Part shown: piece after piece, positions 53,516 through 64,000 of the stretch
Layout of the letters: each line of letters starts with the position of its first letter
Numbering within the stretch: the first letter of the stretch is position 1
DNA from: Octopus sinensis
Taxonomy: Eukaryota
Length of the DNA: 64,000 nt
NCBI RefSeq assembly: GCF_006345805.1
Contig: NC_043009.1
Span: 31,992,001-32,056,000 of the forward strand
Direction: 5' to 3'
The notes under the pieces: generated by a model
The model's input: only the letters and a program-made list of their open reading frames with translations
Database searches by the model: none
What the model was told of the DNA's origin: nothing
Translations under genes and position numbers: made by a program

Positions 53516-53748
53516 AAGGCGGTGAGCTGGCAGAAACGTTAGCACTCCGGGCGAAATGTGTAGCCGTATTTCGTCTGCCGTTACATTCTGAGTTCAAATT
53601 CCGCCGAGGTCGACTTTGCCTTTCAGCCTTTCGGGGTCGATAAATAAAGTACCAGTTACGCACTGGGGTTGATGTAATCGACTTAATCCATTTGTCTGTC
53701 TTTGTTTGTCCCCTCTATGTTTAGCCCCTTGTGGGTAGTAAAGAAATA
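53516..53748 (+). mobile_element. SINE family B, full-length
   Basis: A-box-like gagctggcagaa, B-box-like gagttcaaattc, Meta/Sauria-like core gccgaggtcgactttgcctttca..ggggtcgataaa. Confidence 0.88.
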
Positions 53749-53840
53749 TATATGTGTGTGTATGTGTGTGTGTGTGCGTGTGTGTATGTGTGTGTGTGTG
53801 CGTGTGTGTATGTGTGCACGTCTGTGCGTGTGTTTGTATA

Positions 53841-54256
53841 AGGCATGGCTGTGTGGTAAGAAGCTTGCTTCCCAACCACATGGTCTTGGGTTCAGTCCCA
53901 CTGCATGGCACCTTGTACAAGTTTCTTCTACTATAGCCATAGGCCAACCAAAGCCTTGTGAGTGGATTTGGTAGACGGAAACTGAAAGAAGCCCATCGTA
54001 TATATATATATATATATATGTATGTATATGTGTATGTATATGTTTATGTGTCTTTGTTTGTCCTCCAACCCCATGTCGCTTGACAACGAATGTTGATGTG
54101 TTTATGTCCCTGTAACTTAGCAGTTCAACATAAGAGGTTGAAAGAATAAGTACTAGGCTAACAAGGAATAAGTCCTTCGGTTGATTTGTCCGACTAAAGG
54201 TAGTGCTCCAGCATGGCCACAGTCAAATTACTGAAACAAGTAAAAGAACAAAAGAA
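53841..54256 (+). mobile_element. SINE family A
   Basis: Near full-length copy. Confidence 0.88.
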
Positions 54257-55080
54257 TATACATACATACATACATATACATATATATATATATATCTGCA
54301 CACGCACACACCACACATGCTTGCACAGATATATAACATGCATATGCATACAAACACACACACACACATAAATATGCATTTATAAATTCTTACATGAATG
54401 TATATCATGCATGTATATGTCTGTCTGTTTGTACTGTGTCTTCATGAGTATGAATTCGTGTGTGTATGTGTGCATATGCCCATTCACAAACACACACACA
54501 CACACACACACACACAATGTTGTGATTGTTCTGTCTGTCTTGAAGAGACCATGCTATAAATATAATTTTTGGAAAATATTTCTCATTTAGTTCAAAATTA
54601 TCTTCAGCAGTAAACATCATAAATAGGATTGGAAGAATATTTCAAAGTTGTCTTTGTGTATTACATATGTTATAATAGTGCCAATTTACCATTTTTCTTT
54701 ATTTTATTGCCTTATCTCTTCATTTAATTTCATTCATTTTAATCGATCAATGTCTTGCAGTCTTTGAAATTGAAGAATTTCTAAATCACCAAACTTGTCT
54801 AAGAATATAAACATTTCTCAGTAACTTATTTAGCAAAGAATTGCAATTATTTTTGTTTTGTTCTGGTAAGGCTGAATATGTGTGATTATGGCTGTCTGGT
54901 AGGTTGGCAGCTTGTATTTGCAATCTTGTGGTTCCAATTTTGACGGTTCCATTGCATGGCATCTTGAGTTGTGTGTTTTTTGTTATATTTTGTGCATTAA
55001 ATATAATCAATGGAAACTGTGCAAAACCATATGGCTGTTGTGGTGTGTGTATATGTATATATATATATACATATATATAT

Positions 55081-55115
<35 letters not shown>

Positions 55116-55321
55116 TATACCAAAGTAAGTACATAAATGTAAAACAAAGAGGGAAAAAATAGTACTCAAATACTGGAGGTAGAGTAATATGCTTTATTAT
55201 TATCAAAGCTGCAAAAACATCACAAAAATTTGCTACTCAGAGGTCTTGTAGCTTACCGCGTGTGTATCGTTGGCAATTTTTTTTCTCCGTCTTTCCTTCC
55301 TTGGATCTTTTCTTTTCCTAT

Positions 55322-55356
55322 GTTTCTGACGAAGAGCTCCGCTCGAAACGTTAAAT
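55322..55356 (+). ncRNA. minimal hammerhead ribozyme motif with canonical core
   Basis: gttt-CTGACGA-a-gagc-tcc-gctc-GAAA-c-gtt-aaat; palindromic AACGTT helix III. Confidence 0.75.
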
Positions 55357-55484
55357 CCTCCTTCTTTCTTTCCTTTCCTAAACATCCAATAACACTATAC
55401 TTGTTCCACGTCCTCGCGTTGTTGTGTTTTCTCTTTGTGTTTTCATGTTTGGATTAACTATATATATACATATATATACATATA

Positions 55485-55797
<313 letters not shown>

Positions 55798-55814
55798 TAG
55801 ATAGACAGACAGAC

Positions 55815-55854
<40 letters not shown>

Positions 55855-55905
55855 CGCTAACCACTACACATTTTTTATTTTCTCTCCTTATTTCTTTTTG
55901 TGTTC

Positions 55906-55941
55906 CTTTCTGCGGAAGAGTGTAGGCTCGAAGCATTGAAG
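55906..55941 (+). ncRNA. degenerate hammerhead-like motif
   Basis: cttt-CTGCGGA-a-gagt-gtag-gctc-GAAG-catt-gaag; relative of 55322. Confidence 0.45.
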
Positions 55942-56040
55942 ACTTTTTCACTTCCCGAGCGTTATACAAATATATCTGTTTGTTGTCTACACCACCTGTC
56001 TTCGTTTTTTGTTTTCTTGTGAATTCTCCCTCTATATATG

Positions 56041-56101
<61 letters not shown>

Positions 56102-56298
56102 GTATGTATATGTATGTGTGTGTGTATTTAAGTGTATCTCTACAGACCTTTTATAGAATTTAAAGCGAGCACTGGAAGTTAAAATTACTACGCGATAGCA
56201 TATTATGGTAGCTAAATGAAATACGGTGTCCCTACCAGCAAATAGTATGTGGTGGGGGGAGATATTTGGGTGTGGGGGATGTTTAGGTGGAGATGGAT

Positions 56299-57585
56299 GA
56301 GGCGGCGAGCAGGCACAGTCGTTACCAGATAAAATGCTTAGTGGCATTCCACCAAAGTCAACTTTGCCTTTCATCCTTTCGGCCTTGATAATACCAGTTG
56401 AGTACTGGGGTCGATGTAATCGACTTACTTCCTCCCATAAAATTGCTGTCCTTGAGCCAAATTTTCAAAACCAATGTGTTTGTGTGTGTGTGTACATTCA
56501 CATATATGTAAATAAATATATGGGTAAAAAATAAAAATACAAGTATAATTTGAGGCAAAAAGAAATAAACAAACCAACTATACCACGTGGAATAAAAAAG
56601 ACAAAATCATGTGTATAAAACGTGTAGAAATATAAAGAAAAAAAAATGTGCAACACAGAAGTGTACATTGAAGTTTTATATACCAGAGGAGGAAAAAGAA
56701 GAGAATTTAGCGTTTTAGGTGATATTCTTTATTAATGTGAAATAAACAGAATAGAAAATAGAATTGAGTGGCAGGTGAAAAAGAGAAATGTTCGACACCA
56801 AAAAAAGTCTGTTTACACAGCTGATCACGTATGGTGTGTGCGTGTTTGTGTGTGTGTGTAATACATGTGCCTTTTATTGGCATCACACGGTGACGTAAAT
56901 GAACATCACCGAAATATAAACGGTGTTGTTTCTTTCCAATCGTTTGTGAAAACGTCCCACTATGAGAATATATTACCTTCCTTGAAAGCAGGTGAAAGTT
57001 GCTGACAGGAAAAGCATCTGGTTACAGAAGAACTGCCTCAAAGAATTCCGTCGGACCCATGCAAACACAGAAAAGTGGAAGCTAATATGATGTTGATGAA
57101 TGTCTGTGTATTGTTAAAAGGCAAATTGGCAGAATCATTATATACGATGGGCTTCTTTCGATTTCTGTCTACCAAATCCACTCACGAGGCTTTTGTCACA
57201 TCGGGCTTAATGTAGAAAAGACTTGCCCATGTTTCCATGCAGCGGGGGATGAACCCGGAACCTTGAGGTTGGTAAGCAATCTTCTCAATCCCACTGCCAT
57301 GTTGAAGTTTAAATACAGGTCTTGGAAAGAAATACTATTATTTCATGAGAGATAACACAAAGTTTTAATATCTGAATATTTGAATTTTTTTATTCTTTAC
57401 CTTTCTAAGGTGGCAAGTTGGTGGAATCATTAGCACGCTGGAAAATTTCTTGGCGGCATTTTGTTCGTCTTTATATTCTAAGTTCAAACCCCACCAAGGT
57501 CGACTTTGCTTTTCATACTTTCAGGGTCGATAAAATAACTACCAGTCAGTAACTGGAGTTGTGTCCATTCTAGAAAGGATTATAG
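56299..57585. mobile_element. cluster of degenerate SINEs (B ~56299-56470 +, A ~57140-57300 -, B ~57407-57585 +)
   Basis: Family cores recognisable. Confidence 0.7.
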
Positions 57586-58504
57586 TTTCGCTAAATCCCT
57601 GGAAATGTTATCTTATTTGGGAAATGAATTATTTAAAGAAATATGGCCACAAAATGGGTTAATATTTAAAACATTTCAAAACTAAAGTTCTTCGGGAAAC
57701 ATTAGGAAAACTATTTATGGCTGAGTGGATAATATTTTCATAATAAAGTTTGCAAGATAAATGAAGATACGATTTGCTTGTTACACTGCAAGAGAGGATC
57801 CTTAGAGAAGCATAGAAATATAGACTTTCTATCAGCTGACAAAGTGTTAGCAAGTAAATCAATGAGCAAACATACTAAATCACAGATTTGTTGGCATAGA
57901 TTAATAGAATTACTGACAAAGTAAATTCATATGGGATGCCGTATAAGAAGGATCAGAGTGATATTTACCAAAGTCTTGTTTCTATTTATTTAACTTCTAC
58001 ACTGACAGTCTGTCATGTTAGAATCGACTTTGGCTGTCTAACAGCAGCACCCTCCTCTCTGTCTCTCTTACACACACATAAGCTATCAATATTGGAATCA
58101 CTTCAATATCTACATCTCAAGTCTATTATACAACACTCTTCAGCTTGGATACTTCTGCACTGAACTTCTCTAGACTTGACAAAAAAGCTTCTGCATGGCC
58201 AGTCTCGTAACTTAATAAAAATAGAAGAAATTCTCTTTAAGTTACACTTCGTATCATATTAAAAACCAGAGAAAATATTATATTGGTTAATGTAGTCCTA
58301 ATTATGAGAAAGACATGAAGAGATGGCTGAAATTATTTTGACAAGCGATATCAGGAATTAGGTTAAAAAATGTGGCGCTGAACAACAATAAAAATTACAA
58401 AAAATTACATTATGAAATATGTCTCTATGAAGCCACTTATCAAATCTCTTTTATCTAATTAGTGAAATATCATGAAATTTAAAAAAAAAATTTTCTTTAT
58501 ACAT

Positions 58505-58588
58505 TCTTACACGTGTTTCATTAATGAACATGTCCCTTTATTTAAGGTTTTTACTTTAAATGCAAGTAAGACCGTCAAATCATCAGAG
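58505..58588 (-). ncRNA. hammerhead motif with intact core but helix I truncated at (TA)n
   Basis: Minus strand ct-CTGATGA-[long insert]-GAAA-cacgtg-TA-ag; palindromic ACACGTGT helix III. Confidence 0.55.
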
Positions 58589-58668
<80 letters not shown>

Positions 58669-59085
58669 GAAAGATAAATGAGACAATACATAGCAATTCG
58701 ACAGATACAGATACATCGTTTCCACAGAATCTCGCTTTTGTCGTGATTAGGATCAAAGTGTTTTTCATGTGTTATACAAACTCTACAGAATCGGTGACGT
58801 AATCTGATCATAAGGTGAAACCTTGTATGATGGATATATTCCATTAACAGTTTCCGTATAAGAATTTTTTGAATAAATGTAAAATATTATCTCATAATTT
58901 CTTCTATATATACTCTGTGGTCGGAATAACGATGGATAATTGCAAGTCATTTCGAAAAATAATTTGATTTCTCTTCAGGAACACATTTTTCCATATATAG
59001 AGGAACCGATGGAATTTTGTACTTTGCTACATGTCGTGCTTTATATACCACTCGCGGAAGCAAATATATATGTGTATGGATGGAA

Positions 59086-59265
59086 GCACTCCGTCGGTTA
59101 CGACAACGAGGGTTCCGGTTGATCCGATCAACGGAACAGCCTGCTCGTGAAATTAACGTGTAAGTGGCTGAGCACTCCACAGACACGTGCACCCTTAACG
59201 TAGTTCTCGGGGATATTCAGCGTGACACAGAGAGTGACAAGGCCGGCCCTTTGAAATACAGGTAC
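59086..59265 (-). mobile_element. SINE family D 3' half
   Basis: Reverse complement of ~61393-61571. Confidence 0.85.
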
Positions 59266-60398
59266 ATATATGTGTATATATACATATACACACATATACG
59301 CACACAGACATACACATGCGCGCACAGATATGTTAACGGAGAAAATTTCATAGCTCTAACTGAGTAAGGCAAAAATAATCCATAAAAATTATCTGGTTTC
59401 CACCACGTTTTTATTTGAACATCAAGACCGATGTAAGTCAGAAATACCAAGCTGTTTAGATAATCATAAAACCGGGAAAAATTTCTACTGACGTCCCGTG
59501 AAAATCAGCTTCCAGTTCTAATACCAAGATAAAGGCATTCACTTTCAGAAAGATTTATTAGATATGAAGATTTGAGTTGTTCGTATAGGTTAGACATATA
59601 ATGTGAAATCGATTGTGTATGAAGCCAAAGTTACCTCAGCCATGCCAAAATCATGGAGTTGGAAAGAAACATTTTATGGATGAAGGTAAATTCAAATAAA
59701 TATTTTATATGTCTTAGTCACTTTGACAAAAGAAACTCCAAGACGTTAACAAACCATATCTAGAAGCTAAAGGAAAAGAACAATGACATCGTAATCAGAT
59801 AGAGGTTTCTTGAATAATCAAGGTCATCGTCAACGGGTTAAGAACAGGCAAGCATTGCACAACGGAAAGAGTGCACATTTTATACTTATTAAATCTCTGG
59901 GAATGGCTTGAATACAGTAATGAAATATTTAAGAGATGTCCCTATCGAGATAAATATATTCTAAACCAGTGGAAAATTTCACAACTACACTATTAACAAA
60001 TGCTCCGATAGACGCTCGCCAGCTTCCATTACAGACATTAATACATATACTTGATATATATTTCTTTCACGTACGTCCTTCTTTTCAAACTTTTGAGAGT
60101 TCTTTTATAACAGTAGCGCCTCAGAGTATACGTTCGTGTGTCTATAATATTAGTGTATACACGTACGTGCTTGTGTACCCATTTGACGGATTTTTCACTG
60201 GTTACTTAAAAAGAGACGATGAGCGATTGCTAGAAGAATGTTGAGTCATATCTGATAACCAGTTGATCTATCAAGTGGGGCCCTCATGTCAGTGAGGGGG
60301 CGGTGCGCAATGATGCCGTCAAGAGGTAGGCTCCGAAACGGTACGCATTCTCTCCTGATGATCTCATACACCTGCTGGCTTCTGGTATGCGGAGCTTT

Positions 60399-60491
60399 CT
60401 ACTGGTAGCACTTGCATGTGCAAGTTGTTTGCAAAACACTTTGGTAATCATGGTCTTTGGCCTGAAGAGTTGCACTCTTTCTGAATAGGAC
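60399..60491 (-). CDS. candidate terminal exon VLFRKSATLQAKDHDYQSVLQTTCTCKCYQ* (possible cystine-knot-type secreted protein)
   Basis: Acceptor tatctcttatacag|; phase 0; CxCxC just before the stop; unique, more GC-balanced sequence; upstream exons not found in the window. Confidence 0.4.
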   Translation of the reverse strand, partial: VLFRKSATLQAKDHDYQSVLQTTCTCKCYQ

Positions 60492-61252
60492 CTGTATAAG
60501 AGATATCTAAATCCTTGACCAATTGAGTTGTCTTTACTTTTTGAAAATAATCCTCACACTAACAATACACACACACATATGTGTATATATATATATATTT
60601 CTGTGTGTATATAAAAGTTTGCGCCTGTGTAAATATATACATATAAATGTGTGTGTGTGTGGGTACGTGCGTTGTGTGTGTGTGTGTCTTTATACACGCT
60701 ACACACACGCATAACATTGCAGCATTCTGTTTCTGAAACCATGTAATTAAGCTTGTTCTTTCCAATGTAAAACATGCTTCTTACATTAACCTTTTGTTAT
60801 TATCATCATCATTATTATTATTATTATTATTATTGGCGTTAAAATTGTCATTGTTATTTCAGTCTCTCATTCTTTGTTCTTCGCTTTTACTATTTATACT
60901 TTTAAACCCCAAATCACTTGCGATATCTCGTTTTTGGATTTGGTTTGAAAGATTCTTTATGCGATTCAAAACTATCGAAAAGGTTGCAAGACGCAACGAA
61001 AATTTTACAAAAATAGAAAAAGAAAGAAATGGAAATTTCACCGGTGTGTGTGTGTGTTAAATTATAAGGCACCAAAAGAGAATGACTCTCTCCAGACACA
61101 ACAGAACTTGCGATATCATCTTATTATTCGGCTTAAGTTCGGGGAAGGACTTGTGCGAGTAATGCCTGTTACCAACGATGTTGTCAATTATGGTGTTAAT
61201 AATAGCTGTAAGGTAGGAGATGATAGTGTTGGTTGTGGTAGTGGTGGTGAGT

Positions 61253-61571
61253 GAGGGCGCGTGGCTTAGTTGTTAGGGCATTCGGCTCATGATCGTAAGG
61301 TTGTGAGTTCGATTCCCGGAGACGCGTTGTGTCCTTGAGCAAGACACTTTATTTCACGTTGCTCCAGTCCACTCAGCTGGCAAAAATGAGTTGTACTTGT
61401 ATTTCAAAGGGTCAGCCTTGTCACTCTCTGTGTCACGCTGATTATCCCCGAGAACTACGTTAAGGGTACACGTGTCTGTGGAATGCTCAGCCATTTGTAC
61501 GTTAATTTCACGAGCAAGCTGTTCCGTTGATCGTATCAGCTGGGACCCTCGTCGTCGTAACCGGCGGAGTC
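61253..61571 (+). mobile_element. SINE family D (tRNA-derived, V/CORE-like domain)
   Basis: A box gtggcttagttg, B box gagttcgattc, core gtgtccttgagcaagacact. Confidence 0.85.
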
Positions 61572-61953
61572 TTTTTTTTTTAAAGTGGTGGTGATGCTGG
61601 ACGCTCTATGAGTGTGATGCTGGTAACGGTAGTGTTGCTGGTAGTAGTCATGGTAGTTGTTGTGGTAGTGGTAGTGATGGTATTGGTTAGCTGTGGTGCA
61701 TGGATTTGATTGATTGATTTATTTAGTTTTCGTATTAGTGATGGCGTTGGGTGTGGTGGGGGTGAGGGGTGGGGTGAGAGGTGGGGGTGAGGTGTGGGGG
61801 TGACTGAAAGGAATCGTCGAGGAATATCGGATCTCGTTAATAGCTTTAATGGGGGAAATACTCCCAAGTAGAAATTACAAGAAAATACGACTTACTATGG
61901 AGGTCACAACATAACGAAGAGACAGACAGAGATTAACGAATTAACAGAGTGGC

Positions 61954-61954
<1 letters not shown>

Positions 61955-61984
<30 letters not shown>

Positions 61985-62216
61985 GAGAGGAAGAGAGAGA
62001 GAAGAGAGAGAGAGAGAGAGAAGAGAGAGGAGAGAGGAGAGAGAGGAAGAAGAGAGAGAGAGAGAGAGAAGAGAGGAGAGAGAGAGGAAGAGGAAGAGAG
62101 AGAGAGAGAAGAGAAGAGAGAGAGGAAGAGAGAGAGAGGAAGAAGAGAGAGAGAGAGGAAGAGAGAGAGAGGAAGAGAGAGAGAGAGAGAGGAAGAGGAA
62201 GAGAGAGAGAGAGAGA
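61955..62216. repeat. (GA)/(GAA) purine tract
   Basis: Pure purine run. Confidence 0.95.
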
Positions 62217-62341
62217 AATAAAAGGTAGACGGAAATGAAAATTCAGACTCACAGACACACACACACACACATACACACACATGATGGATGTCGACTGTTT
62301 AAGTGGGAATGACCATGACTGACTAAATAAACTGTATCGCA

Positions 62342-62578
62342 TTCTTCACTTCTTTCAGTCACTGAACCGCGCCCATGCTGGGGCACCGTCTTCAAGGGTT
62401 TACTTGAACAAATCAACCCCAGTAGTTCAGCAGGACTTGTTTTTTTTAAAACTCTGGTACTAATTCTATCGGTCTTTTTGTCACCTAACTGCTAAGCTAC
62501 AGGGACGCAAAGAAACCAACACCGGATGTCAAGCTGTGGTGGGGTCAAACACAAAAACAAAGATAAACACACACATAC

Positions 62579-62617
<39 letters not shown>

Positions 62618-62760
62618 CATCCATCCATTCCATCCACCCACCCACCCACCCACCCCCACCTACCTACCTACCAACCAACCTACCTACCTACCTACCTATC
62701 TATCATCCATCCATCCATCCATCCATCCATCCATCCATCCATCCATCCATCCATCCATCC

Positions 62761-62801
<41 letters not shown>

Positions 62802-63233
62802 CCTACCTGTCTGTCGGTCATTATTTGGTCTTATTTCAAGATTTCTTGCCAATACTGAAAGAGTCGGTTTCTAACCTAGATCCAAGGCTCTTTCAATGGA
62901 ATTTCAACATCAACAACAGAGTATTTTTGTACGTACGTATGTATGTGTGTGTGTATGTTTGTATGTATGTATGTATGTATGTATGTATGTATGTATGTAC
63001 GTATGTATGCATGTATGTGCAGATTTGTATGTTTTATGTATGTATTCTCATGCATATAGTTGCATATCTAGACATGCTCATAATTATTGAAATGATAAAC
63101 TTCTGGATAGTTTTACAGATTTTTACAGTTCCAGTTATGGATTTGATCTGTAGTCTTCGAATTAGCTTTCTCCTTTCTGGTTTTAAGAAGCCTAATTTCT
63201 CAAGATTGGTATTTAGGCAGTATTACATATCTC

Positions 63234-63264
<31 letters not shown>

Positions 63265-63470
63265 TGTATGTATGTATGTATGTATGTATGTATGTATGTA
63301 TGCGTGTATGTGTGTATGTATGTATGTGTTTATGTATGTATAGGACGGGTTTGTTTCAGTTTCTGTCTGGCCAGTCTACTCACAGGCCTTTGGTTAGCCT
63401 GAAGCTAAAGTAGAAGACACGCGTCCAAGGTACTGTACAATGTGACCGAACTCGAAACTGAGTGATCGAG
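62342..63470 (-). mobile_element. SINE A halves separated by expanded TATC/CATC/TATG microsatellites
   Basis: Tail ~62342-62560; head ~63345-63470. Confidence 0.6.
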
Positions 63471-64000
63471 AGAGGTGAGGAGGAAGGTGTAATGGGAAAC
63501 AGCGATGATAATTGGAATGGTTTCCGTGAAAATGCACCAAAGACACACACAGAACTATTTCTGATTGGCTGTTATTAACGCTGGTGACGATCTCTCTATG
63601 GCCATAATAATGGTATTGACGGTGTGAGTGCACGCGCGCGCGTGTGTAACGGGGAATGATGATAAGGAGGATCGAGGGGAGAGTGCTGACGATAAGGGGC
63701 TGTATAGGGGGTTTGGGGTTTGGAGGGCGTAGTGGGGCAGGTAGATAGGTGTGACAACGTGCTAGATAAAGCGGTGTGGTGAGAGTAGATGATCAGGGTG
63801 CAGATAATGTTGAGGATATGGACAGTGAAGCGGTGCTGTTAGGACAGTGGTGGTGTGGGGGTGATGGTAGGGGTGATGGTAGTGGTGATGGTATGGGTGA
63901 TAGTAGGGGGCATGATGGTGTGGGGAGTGATGGCAGGAATGCTGCGGAGGTAAATTTTAAGAAAGGTGTGTTGGTTGTTATATGGTCGATGTGGTGTCAT

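Noticed and set aside
59330-59950. Decayed Penelope endonuclease remnant
   Set aside because: Only a faint GNGLN-like motif amid stops; insufficient without a search
60303-60348. Hammerhead-like motif gtgcg-caatgat-gcc..ggctcc-gaaa-cggta-cgcat
   Set aside because: CUGANGA core is absent; cannot be told from chance
61253-61325. tRNA gene
   Set aside because: Continues into a SINE core and tail with another copy at 59086; tRNA-derived SINE head. The same applies to SINE A and B heads

Overview
Eukaryotic, very AT-rich, repeat-saturated DNA, most likely intronic/intergenic sequence from an octopus (coleoid cephalopod); the taxon is inferred from the SINE repertoire and the dense TA/CA/GA/CAT microsatellites. 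Almost all ORFs in the track are microsatellite translations. Recognisable content: several SINE families, RTE, CR1-like, R4/Dong and Penelope-like retroelement fragments, Tc1/mariner elements (DD34D and DD37D), MITEs (Merlin-like, hAT-like, Tigger-like), Helitron/Helentron non-autonomous elements, tandem duplications and fold-back palindromes. The most notable signal is about nine hammerhead-ribozyme-like motifs from several distinct short repeat families. One of them (14057-14145, minus strand) has a fully intact catalytic core and a long helix II. A few weakly supported minus-strand exons may belong to host genes, including a possible last exon ending in CxCxC. No complete host gene, rRNA, genuine tRNA or CRISPR array is seen. 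All analysis was by eye; no searches were run.
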